A stretch of 64,000 nucleotides of DNA. Origin: the human T2T-CHM13v2.0 reference genome, Homo sapiens. Under the pieces are notes generated by a model. It was not told the origin of the DNA, made no database searches, and saw only the letters and a list, made by a program, of their open reading frames with translations. Made by a program: the position numbers and the translations under genes. Shown here piece by piece: positions 12,725 through 24,969 of this stretch (its first letter is position 1; every line of letters starts with the position of its first letter). Where the stretch lies: assembly GCF_009914755.1 (NCBI RefSeq), contig NC_060926.1; one strand, written 5' to 3'.

Positions 12725-14590
12725 TCATTAATTAACTATATATTCGTTGAGTCTCCTATGTACCAGACATTGTAGTCTAGACTCTGTGGATAGAACACCA
12801 CAAAAAATGGATGGAAAATATTTTTTCAAGTGGAAAAAAGTATACAACAAACAAATGCATAAGTTAAATATATGGTATATCAGATAGTGATAAATGCTAT
12901 GAAAAATAAAACAGGAAAGAAAATAGAGAATACCTGGATCGATGGGGCATGGAAGGTGTGCTCTTGCATATGGTATGTGTATTTCCACTAAAAGTCCTGT
13001 TGAAATTTGATCCCCAATGTAGTGGTGTTGGGAGGTGGGACGCATTGGGAGGTGTTTGGTTCATTGGGGGTGGATCTTTCATGAATGGCTTTGTGCCCTT
13101 CTAGCAGTAGTGAATGAGTTCTTGCTCTGGCAGGACTGGATTAGGTCTTGCAGAAATGGAATATTTCAATTTTCTTTCTGGAATAGATTCATTCGCAAGA
13201 GACTGGGTTATTATAAAGCAAGGTTGCTCCTCCTCGTTGGTCTCTCTGCACGCATGAAGAAAAGGGCGGCCCTTTCTTCATTATGTTCTGATCCGACACA
13301 TGGCCTTGACCAGAAGCCAAGCAGATGCTGGCACCATGCCTCTTGTACTTCCCAGCATGCAGAACCCTGAGGTAAATAAACCTCTTTTTAAAAATGAATT
13401 GCCCAGCCTCAAGTATTCTGTTATAGCAACACAAAATGGACTAAAACAGAAGGGGCTGCAACGTTAAAGAGGGCCATCAGAGATTTTTCCTAAGAAGAAG
13501 ACATTCGGGCAAAATAATAATACAGTGAGGGAATGAGCAGTGTGGATGTCTGAGGGAATGCGTTCCAGGCAGACAGGAAAGGAAATGCAAAGCTCCTGTG
13601 GTACAAGGATGTCTGGTACATTCCAGGAATAGCCAGGTGGCCAGTAGAGCTAGAACAGAGTGAGCAAAGGGGAGGAATAGGAGGCCAGATCATATTAGGC
13701 CTTTTGGGTTATTCTAAGAACATTAGCTTCAAGCATTAGACTTAACACATTTGTTTTCAGTGGAGTGACATGATCTTACTTGTATTGTAAAAGGATTATG
13801 CTCATTTCGGTGTGGAAATTAGACTACAGGAGAGCATAAACCCAAGAGTTGACTCATCAAAGAGCATGAAGTAGGAGACTATTGCAATAATCCAGGCAAA
13901 AACCAACTACAGCTTGCATTAAAATAAGACTGATAGATGTTGCTGGATTCCAGATGTATTTCTGAAATAGAGTAAATAGAATTTCATTGGAATTAATGTG
14001 ACATACGAAAGAAGCCAGAAATAACTTCACAATTTTGTCTTAAAGAACTAGAGGATGGAGTTGGCCTTTGCTAAGTAAGGAGGATAGTGGGAGCAGGAGG
14101 TTTCCTAAGCAAAGGTGTGGGGGAGACACCACAGCATCCAGGAGCTCAGATCAGGACACACTGAGTGTAAGCTAGATACCAAAGTGGGGATGTCGAGTAA
14201 GGACTTGCTTATATAAATCTGGAGTACAGGGCATATGTCTACCCGGGAACTAGAACCCTGGGAGGTCAGCATGGAGATGGTATTTTAACCCTTGGGACTG
14301 GATGAGATCATCACGGGGTGAGCCTCCAAAATTCAATGCCAAAACAATGATGAGGAATGAGAGAGACTGAGGAAGAACTGCCAGGGACCTGGGAATATGA
14401 GAGAGAGTGGACAACTCTGTTAAACACCGCTGAGAGGTTCTGTGAGATGAGGACATGCGGTTAACCGCTGGAGTCACGACATTGAGGCCACTGATGACAA
14501 TGATAAGAGTCTTTTCTTCTAAAGACAATCAGGGGAAAAGAATTGAAACTAAGGGTACAGAGAATCTTTTGGAAGCTTCACTCTGAAGGG
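12725..14590 (-). mobile_element. L2 LINE (antisense) interrupted by a MaLR LTR
   Basis: L2 3' end (ttgagtctcctatgtaccagaca) at ~12745 and purine-rich L2 body 13449-14590. Confidence 0.7.
12957..13448 (+). mobile_element. MaLR solo LTR (MST-like)
   Basis: tg...ca ends; gttgaaatttgatccccaatg...aataaacctc...gcaacacaaaatggactaaaaca; 5-bp TSD gaagg (12952-12956 / 13449-13453). Confidence 0.88.
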
Positions 14591-14604
14591 CAGCAAGGGA
14601 GACT

Positions 14605-15415
14605 TTCTTTAAACCAACTTTCTTGAAGTATAAGCCATATACAATAAAATTCACCAGTTCTAGCTGTAGTGTTCAATGAGTTTTGACAAATGTATATACC
14701 TGTTTAAGCACCACCACAATCAAGATATAGAACATTTGTTTTGTTCGTTTTATTGAGACAGTGTTTGACTCTGTCACCCAGACTGGAGTGCAGTGGTGAA
14801 ATCATGGCTTACTGCAGCTACGACCTCCCAGGCTCAAGCCATCCCCCTACCTCAGCCTCCTAAGTAGCTGGGACCACGGATGTGCATCACCATGACTGGC
14901 TAATTTTGTTTTGTTGTTTGTTTGTTTTTCTAGAGACAGTGTTTCACCATGTTGTCCAGGCTTGTCTCAAACTCCTGGGCTCAAGTGATCTTCCCACCTC
15001 AGCCTGACAAAGTATTGGGATTACAGGCGTGAGCCACCATGCCTGACCTAGAACATTTTCATCACCTCAAAAATATCTTTTATGCTCTTTCCAGTTAATC
15101 AGCTTCTCACCCCCAGCCCCAGATCCAGGCAGCTGCTGGTCTGCTTTCTGTCACTATAGATTAGATGTGATTTTTAGAGCTTCACATAAATGGAATCATA
15201 CAGAATATAATCTTTTGTGTCTGGTTTATTTCACTTAGTATGTTTCTGAGCATTATCCACACTGATGTATTTATTAATCAGTACTTCCTTTGTATTGCTG
15301 AGTACTATTCCATTGGATGGAGACACCATAGCTTGTTAATCCAGGTACCTGCTGATGAACATTTGAATTGTTTTCCAATTTAAGCTTTTATGAATAAAGC
15401 TGCTATAAACATTTG
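14605..15415 (-). mobile_element. Old L1M (L1MB/ME-like) 3' fragment interrupted by an Alu
   Basis: tacaataaaattcacc...gagttttgacaaatgtata...ggaatcatacag...aataaagctgctataaacattt typical of antisense L1M 3' UTR/ORF2 end. Confidence 0.85.
14738..15048 (-). mobile_element. AluJ SINE
   Basis: AluJ features (cccaggctcaagc, actcctgggctcaagtgatc); TSD tagaacattt 14728-14737 / 15049-15058. Confidence 0.92.
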
Positions 15416-16291
15416 TGGTTAAGTCCTATCCTTTGTGAATATTTGCTTTTTATCAACAGAGAATTTTTGTTTAAGATCAAGGAATTTGGGAGTTACAGTG
15501 ACAATTGTGGTGATGATGAGATTCTGAATTTGTCACAGTATCTTGGTCCTGCACTGATATGCCTCCTTGAAAAATCAATAAGTATCATTCAGCTATAGTC
15601 ATTTAATATTCCACTCTAGTGAAATATCATGGGGACACTGTTCTTGCTTTCAAGTGGCATATAGTCTGATGAAGAAAACAAAAGTGGAAATAAATTGGAT
15701 TGAGGGCATGCTCCTTAATAGGTTGAAGAGTAAACTCAAGGGATTCTTTGCCCAGAGAGATCAAAACTGGTTGCAGATATAAGTTGGCTCAATAAAATGT
15801 TTATGTATAATGATTATATGAGGTATATCATGCTAAAGAATAAAAATATCAGTGCTAAAGAAAAGTCGGGCATGCTTATGATGTATTTCTAACCCTGAAG
15901 CGTATCATCATTCTGATTATCAACTGCAACCACCATGCTCCTGGGTGCATTATTTGCAAAGCCGGCCGCCCCCTGACTTTAATAACCAACTATCAGCTTA
16001 TGATTGTAGAAGCTTAGCATGTGTTGCTTCTAGTTCAGCCTGATTTGCCTTTTGCATGATCTGTGATAACTTTTCTAACTTTCTATGCCACCATTTCTCC
16101 ATTTGTAAAATGTAATTAACAATATCCGAGTGAGATTAATGAAGTATCATGGGATGTATTATACTTCATAAAGGCAAAATAAAGAGTGTTTACTGAGAGT
16201 AAAATATTAACATGGGAATGTGAGTTTCCCTGTGTTCCCCAAACTTTGACTATTTATTTGTGTATCTATATATGTCTCTCTCTGTCTCTCT

Positions 16292-16293
<2 letters not shown>

Positions 16294-16337
<44 letters not shown>
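16294..16337. repeat. (GT)n microsatellite
   Basis: About 22 perfect GT units. Confidence 0.98.
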
Positions 16338-16340
<3 letters not shown>

Positions 16341-16385
16341 AAACCCTATTTCTTCTAACCTGCTAGGAATAGGTGGGCCAGATAT

Positions 16386-17048
16386 ACTGAGGGAGAGAAA
16401 AGCAGTCCTTGACCTCTGGGAGCTGGCCTGGCACTTACAGCTGGGCACAGGTGTGGTTAGGAGCTGGCCTGGCACTTACAGCTGGGCACAGGTGTGGTTA
16501 GGAGCTGGCCTAGCACACACTGGTGGGCCATGGTGTCTCCTGCCTCCTGTTGGTCATGAACAATCTCACAGACACAAACATCAGACATGGTCACTCTGAG
16601 GCCATCATAAAGTGAGACAAAACAAGACCTCTTCATAATTTTATCTACAAAAAGACAAAAATATAGTTTTTGTGCAATCCATCAAATAGCAAACATCCTG
16701 GTCTCTCCTGCTGAATATGATCGACTGCCACTGCCACTTCTTCACAGTTTTATCCTCAATCTAGATTATCTTCCCCATAGATAAGACTTATTCAGACACC
16801 TAATCACAGAACTGTCCTCTCTCTGACTCTAGCAGCCATTCTAGAACAAAGTCCTGCTTCTTTAGATCCTCCTCAAAATCATCCATCCAAAGTCCAGATC
16901 CTACAATAAGTCATTTTTAACCCCTTCTTATTGATATGTCCCACAGATCTCCATAGTATATGTTTTTCCTCATTGCAGTGAGGAATCAACCCAACTTGTC
17001 TAACTATGGCTGTATCCTTGGTGGTCTCTGACTAAAGGGCATTGACAA
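16386..17048 (+). mobile_element. Endogenous retrovirus solo LTR (family not assigned)
   Basis: LTR-like body (gagaaaagcagtccttgac...catcagacatggtcactctg...ggtggtctctgactaaagggcattgaca) ending in -gaca. Confidence 0.7.
16419..16516. repeat. 41-bp tandem duplication (2.4 copies)
   Basis: ggagctggcctggcacttacagctgggcacaggtgtggtta identical at 16419-16459 and 16460-16500; partial copy 16501-16516. Confidence 0.97.
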
Positions 17049-18833
17049 TATATTTGTGCCAGAATTTTCGGTAAGAAAAAGGGAGGCAGGGCTTAAGATG
17101 CTACATCTCTCAGAAGTGTTTACACTTTACAAATTACTCATGGAGCTTACGAAACCTTCATGAGTCAAGGAATTGGTTCCCCACTGGCATCATGTAAAGC
17201 CCCAAGAAGGGGTGGGGTAGAGGTGGGAATGTTGGGACTGAGCCTACCTACAGAGCTCCTCTACTGATCCCTCTCTTACAATCCCTGCCTTCCCAGTCCC
17301 GGTCAATTATAGACACTACCCTGCCCAGGCTCTGAGTCAGCCAGCCCTGGACAGGGCAGGGATTAACACCAGTGTGTGGAGTCTGGAATTCATCTCCCAG
17401 TTGTAGGTCTGGTGTCTGATGAGCCCTGAGTACCAGGCTGCAGCCCTGTTCTCTAACCAGACTTCAGCCTTAATTTCCTACTTAGTACTCCAGCCCACTG
17501 CTGGGTCTGGAGCTTTGCCTAAAACCATCATATCCCATTTGGCAGGGATTCGACACCTTGCCATGTCTTTGCCCTCATCCGTCCCCTGCGAGGTGGTAGC
17601 TTGTTCCCTATATTCCCAGCTGCTGTCAGTGGTACCAATCTACATATATCCTCCAGAGCCATGATGTGGCTGACCTTTCTGGCACTGCACATTGCTCCAT
17701 TCATTGGGTCTGGAATGGGACCTTTGGCTGAAAAAAAGCCCCCTAACCTGTTTCCATCTGGTACTAGGTTTCTTCAACACTTCCTCTTGGCCAGTGCCAG
17801 AATCCCTGGCAGTTTAGCCCACCCAAGTTATAACAGCTCCACTCACTAGACACGATTTATTTATGTGCAACTGAACACCTTCCTTGGCCATCACCCAATA
17901 CACAAAGTTGCTACAAGAACTAGCCTGCTGAGTCTTCAAGGCTTCCAGACATCATCTCAGATTTAGGAAAGCAACAGGAAATAGGAGGGGGCTGCCTCCC
18001 ACCACATTGAAGATCACAGAGCAAGAACCACAGCTATTACTCCATGTGCCTAAATCACTTCCCAAAAGCAAATACATGCAACTTCAAAAAAATCCCATCG
18101 CATAAAAATACATAAGAACTTAATCAATACTTAAACATTGGGTAGTTACTAGATGTTTAACAAGCTCATAATAAGTACTCAATAAATGTTTGTTCAACTA
18201 ATAAATAGGTTTGACAACTGGGAATGCTGAGATGTAGCTTCTATTGCTGTTACTCACAGCCACACAGCTAGATACCTTAGGGGTGGAACCGGAACGAAAC
18301 TCTCTTGGCTCCAATCCAGTAATCTTCGTACTAGAGGAAAAATCTTTATTAAGTAAATATTGATCAACTTATAACAGCACAAACTTCTAAATCAATTTTT
18401 TTACTGGGCTTTTATCTCTAAAATTATTGAAGTTTTACCAGTTTGGGGAAGTTAATACTGGCTACTTAAGTACTTAAGCACTTGGTCAAGAAATAGGCCA
18501 TATGTGTAACTAAATTCTGCGGTAATATTGGGACAGGAACCTGTCCAATACCAAGAATGTATAAACATTTTTATCATGTAAAAGAATATTTAAATATTAA
18601 TATCACAAAATCTGAACCTTTTTCATGTCCTTGAACCACACAGTAGAAAAGGAGTATACAAAAAAAAAAAAGAGCCAAGTAGGGGAAGAGAGAAACAGAC
18701 ACAGAAAGGAGATTGAAAGCCAAAGAAACACCTTTGCAATTCTCCAGAAATTAACTCTGTCCCTCCCACCTCATCACTATAGAAAAGGAAGCTCTAAAGG
18801 AAGTCTATGGTTCACTCCACTGCTCTTCTTGAA

Positions 18834-18984
18834 ATAGCATTAGGAGAGATACCTAATGTAAGTGACGAGTTAATGGGTGCGGCACACCAACATGGCACAT
18901 GTATATACATATGTAACAAACCTGCACGTTGTGCACATGTACCCTAGAACTTAAACTATAATTTAAAAAAAGTATTAAAAAAAA
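18834..18984 (+). mobile_element. Heavily 5'-truncated L1PA 3' end
   Basis: atagcattaggagagatacctaatg...gcacatgtaccctagaacttaaa followed by A-rich tail. Confidence 0.92.
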
Positions 18985-19104
18985 GAAATCTCCAAGGGCT
19001 GCTAAAAAAAAATACAATTCCCATTAACGTGCAAACACCAGCTGTGTTGGGCCTAACACTCTTTTACACTTTAATTAAAAGGAACCCCTCTAATCAGATG
19101 ATTT

Positions 19105-19275
19105 GATTGCCTTGCTACTTAAAGTGTGGTCCAGGAAGGACCAGTAGCATCAGCAGCACCTGGAAATTTATGAGAAATGCAGTCTGTCCCGCACACCCCA
19201 CACCCACTGATGCGGAATCTGTGGTTTATCAAGACCCCCAGGTGATTCACATGCACAGTGACGATCAATCAACTG
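19105..19275. mobile_element. MER5-type hAT-Charlie fossil
   Basis: aaagtgtggtcc...gcatcagcagcacctggaaattt...agaaatgcag...caagacccccaggtgattc. Confidence 0.75.
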
Positions 19276-20937
19276 ACACTGCTCTCAGCTGTTGTAAAGT
19301 GGCAGCCTTGACTGGTACAGACAAAAAATCATTTTGGTTCCCAAAGGTCTTTAAAGAAGGTGTGGGCAGGGAGCCCTTCAGAGCATTGGAGAAGGTGCCA
19401 AAGACCAATTTGCCTTCTTAGCTTTTTCCTAAGGATCCAGGGGCCTGCAAAACTCTACCTCCACCAAAATCACCTGAGTATGCAATGGATTGCTAAGGCC
19501 TGTGAGGTTCATCTGACTGTGTTGAAATATAGATGATGTACACACAGAACATGTACAAGAATTAATGTAACTGAAACCCCTGTGATTGACTGATCAACTG
19601 TAGTGTTGGGCAAGGGACATTATGCAACTCTCCAAGGCACCCAAATTACAGCCAAGGGGCACCCAGGCATAAGGAGAACCTGGTTCTTGTTGTGTTACTG
19701 TGAGTGTATGTCAGAAGCTCTGATGAGTATGCTTACACCTTCCACACCACGTAAAAATGCAGAATTGTGCAATTAACTAGAGGATGAGGATTGAAAGATG
19801 CTCCTACTCTGAACAATTGAATAAACTATTTGGTGTTCCTTAATCCACTGAAACAAAAATTGCCTAAGCAGTATCTTTTTCAACATAATTACCTATGTTT
19901 AAGATTCAAATAAAAACAGTTACTCCAAACTTTACAATATGCCCTTCCCTTTCTGCCTCCTCCTCCTCTTGCTTTTCTCTCCTCTTCCTCTTTCTCCTTC
20001 TCCTTCAACCTATCTGCTTGTGAGCCTGACTGTCATAATTTTCTGATAGCTTTAATTGTATGTTTTCCCTAAGATGGAGTCTAAACCTCAAGGGTTAACT
20101 GCAGTAACGTCTTTCACCTGTGGAGGGGCACTGACGCGCAGCAGAACCGAAGCAGGCTTTGGGCAACCAACCTCCCGCTGGGCAATTTAACCAGAGTCAC
20201 AATTAGAGACCAAGAGATCTGTTGTTGGGTCTGGTGCGGAGGGAAGAGTGCTCTAATTAAGTTGGGAGCGGCTCAGAAGGAGCAGAAATAGGCAATGATT
20301 CCAGAAGAGGGGAGTTCCAGGAAGCAGCCAGGAGGGAGGGGTGGGAACTCTGATTGCATCCTGGAGCGAGCAACTCATAAAACCCCGAACCCTGCCTCCA
20401 AGGCTTTGCCCCAAGGAGCTTCTTAAAACAGAGCCAGAATTCACTTCATTTAAAAGAATAGCTCAGCATGTAGCCACTAACTCCCTCTAGCAGAGGAAGC
20501 CCCTTGTTTCTCCCTGAAGAATGCAATGAAGGTTGAGCTTCTATCTTGCCAATTACCCCATAATTAGAACAGCTGATGACATACTGAAGGGGGTGCGTGT
20601 GTAAGTGTGCATGCCTGTGTGTTTTGGGAGAGGAAAATCACTCTTCACCCAAAAAGAAAGCTTGAAAGGATGATGCCCATAATTTGTTCATTATCACCAA
20701 CCCACTCCTTTGTAGGGCAACATGCTTTGAGTTCGGAAGTAAATCTAGATCCAGTCCTATGCATAGGTACCTTTGTAAAGAGGACATGAAGCCAGGTATT
20801 TTAGATTGAATTCTGGTTTCTCAAGTAATGTTTAGAAATGAAGAACTCCCTTCCCATTTAACTTCCTTTAACAACAGTCTGTGCCTGCAATGCCAAACTC
20901 TCAGTTTTAAATATTTAGTCCTGCTGAACCTGCATTT

Positions 20938-21080
20938 ATTTGTTTTTATTTTTATTTTTATTTTGAGACAGGGGTCTCACTGTGTTGCCCAGGCTCGTCT
21001 CAAACTCCTGATCTCAAATGATCCTTCCACCTCAGCCTCCAAGAAGCTGAGACTACAGGCATGAGCCACCACAGCCAGCT
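20938..21080 (-). mobile_element. Alu monomer (FLAM/partial AluJ)
   Basis: T-rich tail, gagacaggggtctcactgtgttgcccaggc...tacaggcatgagccacc. Confidence 0.85.
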
Positions 21081-21092
21081 AGACCCACATTT

Positions 21093-21625
21093 TTTAAAAA
21101 AAAATTATTTATTTTGCTCATCCTTTAGACAATACTTTTTTTTTTAATTTGGTGTGTGTGTGTGTTATTATACTTTAAATTCTGGAATACATGTGCAGAA
21201 CGTGCAGGTTTGTTACATAGGCATACATGTGCCATGGTGGTTTGCTGCACCTATCAACCCATCATCTAGCTTTTAAGCCCCACATGCATTAGGTATTTAT
21301 GCCAATGCTCTCCCTCCTCTTGCGCCCCAACCTCTGACAGGCCCTGGTGTGTGATGTTCCCCTCCCTGTGTCCATGAATTCTCCCTGTTACACTCCCACT
21401 TATGCGTCAGAACATGTGGTGTTTGGTTTTCTGTTCCTGTGTTAGTTTGCTGAGAATACGTATGTTTATTGCAGCACTGTTTACAATAGCAAAGACTTGG
21501 AACCAACCCAAATGCCCATCAGTGATAGACTGGATAAAGAAAATGTGGCACATACACACCATGGAATACTATGCAGCCATAAAAAAGAATGGGTTCATGT
21601 CCTTTGCAGGTACATGGATGAAGCT
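21093..21625 (-). mobile_element. L1PA with 5' inversion (twin priming) and probable short 3' transduction
   Basis: Antisense L1 3' end 21165-21457, then a sense-oriented upstream L1 piece 21458-21625 (atgtttattgcagcac...ggatgaagct); flanking repeat agctagacc(c/t)acattt at 21077-21092 / 21622-21637. Confidence 0.9.
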
Positions 21626-22029
21626 AGACCTACATTTATCAGATAATTGTGAAGGCAGCCGAAGAATCTTGTCCCCATAAACATGCTTTCTCTCCTAGAG
21701 ATCTCCAGTACCTCATGAGCTATAGAATATACATGATTTCTAATTATATATAAAGCCAGAAAAATATTGAAATGTGATGATATGCTTTTGGAGGGGCATT
21801 TAAAATCTTATGAACTCCCAATTGACAAAGGAAAAATGACCCATACTTAAATTTGACTTCTTTCCTAGTGTTTTTTCTAGTCTTTCCATGGTTTTTTTTT
21901 TTCAGGATTTTTGAATAAGACATTTCAGTCTTTGTAATAAAACCATCAACAGTATCTCAATCCAAATTTCTAACAGTTTACATTCTTAGGAATGTGTGCT
22001 TTATTAGACTCATAAACAGTAATAATCGT

Positions 22030-22500
22030 GATTGCTACAATTTCGTGAATGCTGGTTCTATGCTGGAAACTGTACTAGGTGCATTCTATGGTCTATTGCT
22101 AATCCTTAATCACCACCCTGTTTGGCAGATGCTATCATTCCCATATTAGAGAGTAAGATAAAGTTAAACAAGGACTAGAGCTATTTCCCTAAGGGGGAGA
22201 TGAGGCATTAACCATGCCTTTTCGGTTAATTCCACAAGTAAATAATACTAGATACTCAGTGTCATCATCTCTACAGATTTATTGCCTTCCTTCTGTGGAC
22301 CAACCTCTTTTCTAGATGTTCATAAACATTGGCTTATTTAATCCTTGCAAAAGTCTCAAGAGATGCCTCTAATTCTCACCAGGGTGGGGGTGAGAAAACT
22401 GAAAATCAGCGATATGCTCAGAAATGGCAAAGTTAAGAACCTAACACAGATTTTTTTATGTCAATTTCAATGCCTTTCCACTAAAATCCGATTGCATCCC
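22030..22500. mobile_element. MIR fragments
   Basis: MIR-core-like text (atcattcccatattagagag..., gagaaaactgaaaatcag). Confidence 0.5.
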
Positions 22501-22685
22501 AGACAAACAAAAATAAGAAAGTCATACTCACTTTTGTAATGTGGCAGGAGCAGCCTGTTTACTGCTGTGCCTTCACTGTCAAAAGCATGCCTGAACTTTT
22601 CCCAGCAGGCAGCTGAAAGTGTAGCGGAATTATCAAAGGGGTGCCATTAGCAAGAACTCTGTTCGAATCTGCTGCGATGCAATAG

Positions 22686-22748
22686 CTTAAGGGAGTGGGT
22701 TGTTTATCCCTTAAGGGAACTTAAGGGAGTGGGTTGTTTATCCCTTAA
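22686..22748. repeat. 29-bp duplicated unit with inverted ends
   Basis: cttaagggagtgggttgtttatcccttaa at 22686-22714 and 22720-22748, spacer gggaa. Confidence 0.95.
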
Positions 22749-23429
22749 CACTTGTTTCTCTATCAGCCAAATGGACATTCTTACCTGTCTCCTCATCATC
22801 TTTGGAAATTAAACTCCATGAGGGCAGGGACTTTGTTTATCTTGTTCACTCCTCTTTTCTCAAATGTTTAAAACATAGAATACACTTAAAATATTTTTGT
22901 AGGGAAAAAGAACATGATTCACAGGTTTTGTAAAGATCAGATGAGTTCATATGTATGAATGTTCTGTTTATTCTTTCTCCCTCCCATCTGAGAGATTAAC
23001 CTTCAAATTAGGTTAGCTTAGTCTTGTAAACTAGATCTGTCTACACATCTAGATATGGATCCTTCTTGACTTCTAAAAAGCCTTATCTTTTAAGTACAGT
23101 TGGAGAATGCCTAAAGCTTTGGGATTTTTAAGATTCAGTGAGTGAAAAACAATTACCAAAATACTTTAATTTGCTTTCTAGCCACTTCATCCATATGACT
23201 TTGAATCGAACACTTAAAACTATCTGAGGTTCTGAGAGTGGGGATGCTATTACACTCTTAAGGTTATTACAAATATTAGCCTAAAAGTATAAAGAATATT
23301 TTTTCTAAATGAAAAATACTTGTCAAAGCATGCTTGTTAATCAAAACTGCTGTCAGTCTAGATTACAAATTCAGATCATTTATCTTAATGATTTGGCAAG
23401 AAGTTTTTAAACTTAATAATTGCATTGAC

Positions 23430-23655
23430 AATAATGATGAGAGCTAATACTCACTGAGAACTTCTAAGGGCTGAGTGCTTACTCCAGCACTTTACATGTG
23501 TCCATTCATTGAAACCTCACATCTCTCCTGTGAGATGGGTGTCGTACATGGGTAAGCTGAGGCACAGGCAGGCTAAGTAAAAGATACAACCAGAAAGTAG
23601 GGTTTGAAGCCAAGCAACTGGATTCAGAGACTGAGCTCTTAACTACTAAACTGTG
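23430..23655 (-). mobile_element. MIR SINE
   Basis: gctaatactcactgagaactt...gcactttacatgtg...aagctgaggcacag...gagctcttaactact. Confidence 0.7.
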
Positions 23656-23692
23656 TGTGTTTCAACTTCATGATTGAGCCATCTCTTTAGAT

Positions 23693-24175
23693 CAGGGTTC
23701 TCTACCTTTTCGCAGATGAACTCCTTCATCAGTCTAACAAAACCTATAGGCTGCCTGTCAGAGTAATGCTCATAATGCTTTAAATAAAATACATAGGATT
23801 ACGAAGAGAATAAATTACTGTGAAAATAGTTATTTAAATGTTTTTAAAACTAAATGTACAACAAGATAACATATTTGCTTCTTTATTACCTGTTAAATAA
23901 CAAGAACTGGTGTGAGGGTCTGATCATTGCTGTTATTTAGTAGATGAATAGCATATGTAATGACATGAAAATGTCTCATTTCTTTTGGTGTCGAAATCTC
24001 AGGTATTGCTAACACTACCGTGGTTTGCAGCTGACGTTCTTGACTGAAGGAAATGCTAAATTTCAGATTTAGAGTAGTGAAAATAAAGATGTAAATTTTT
24101 CCCATCCAAATTTCTGGACCACTGGATTCTGTCCTGCTCTTCTTGAGCAGACCTTCAGTTCAGTAGCCTAACTTT
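23693..24175. mobile_element. hAT-Charlie-type DNA transposon fossil
   Basis: cagggttctc start; aaataaaatacataggattac...; ctaaatttcagatttagagtagtgaaaataaagatg. Confidence 0.6.
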
Positions 24176-24532
24176 AGAACGTGTTTATTGTTTCCAGGTA
24201 ACAGAAAACTCTCACTGGCATACTTTGAAATAGATGTAGGTTTTCCTTTTGAAATATCATGGTAGTTTTAACTTGGACTTTGTTGAAACATGACAAATTA
24301 AAACATGTCAAAGGGCTTATTTTCTATATAGAGTGCAACTCTTTTCTGTTTAGGCTTAACTATCAAAACTAATTTCAACTGTTGCCACATCACTTGAAGT
24401 TCATTAATTAGTGAATATATGGAGATATAAACTCAAGCCAGCCTAATCTAAGAACTGTAATTTAGCCTGCTTGTACATTTCTGTGATACTACAGTACAGT
24501 TCTCGAAAACAATCTGTCTTTATTCTATACAA

Positions 24533-24547
24533 CCACTAGATGGCACT
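24533..24547 (+). promoter_or_regulatory. Strong CTCF motif
   Basis: CCACTAGATGGCACT is a near-perfect CTCF core in non-repeat DNA. Confidence 0.65.
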
Positions 24548-24969
24548 AATTGTTTGCTAGTCCTCTTTCTGCCCAAAATTCTACTCCCCCCCTCCACCCT
24601 CCATTTCCCACCCCCAAATTGAGAAAGGTTTATCTGGCAACTTTATCCACAAAAACTAAGCGTTGACATATCTTTCTGAAATAAATTAAAGCATTTTTTT
24701 CATTCCGTTTTTATCTTTTAAAGACCATTACATCATTTTGTTCTTTCTTCGATTCTCCAGGGGGTTTTTCAAGTCCATTAGAACTTCAGCAATTCAAAAT
24801 GTTTCGCACCAATTAGAACTAGCTTCTTCAAAACATGGTGTGCTTTTCCAGCAAATGCATGATCCATGGGAAGCCTTGCTTCCTATCTGGGATGCCGGCA
24901 ACAGAAGCATTTTTAGAGCAGCAAAATTATTGTGTTACATGTCTTCCTGTCACAGCAGCTAGATACTTG

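Noticed and set aside
16419-16516. CRISPR-like array
   Set aside because: Head-to-tail repeats with no unique spacers, in primate DNA with no cas genes.
22686-22748. piggyBac-like MITE (TTAA-bounded inverted repeats)
   Set aside because: Polarity is TTAA-GGG...CCC-TTAA, the reverse of piggyBac ends, and the unit is only 29 bp; local duplication is simpler.
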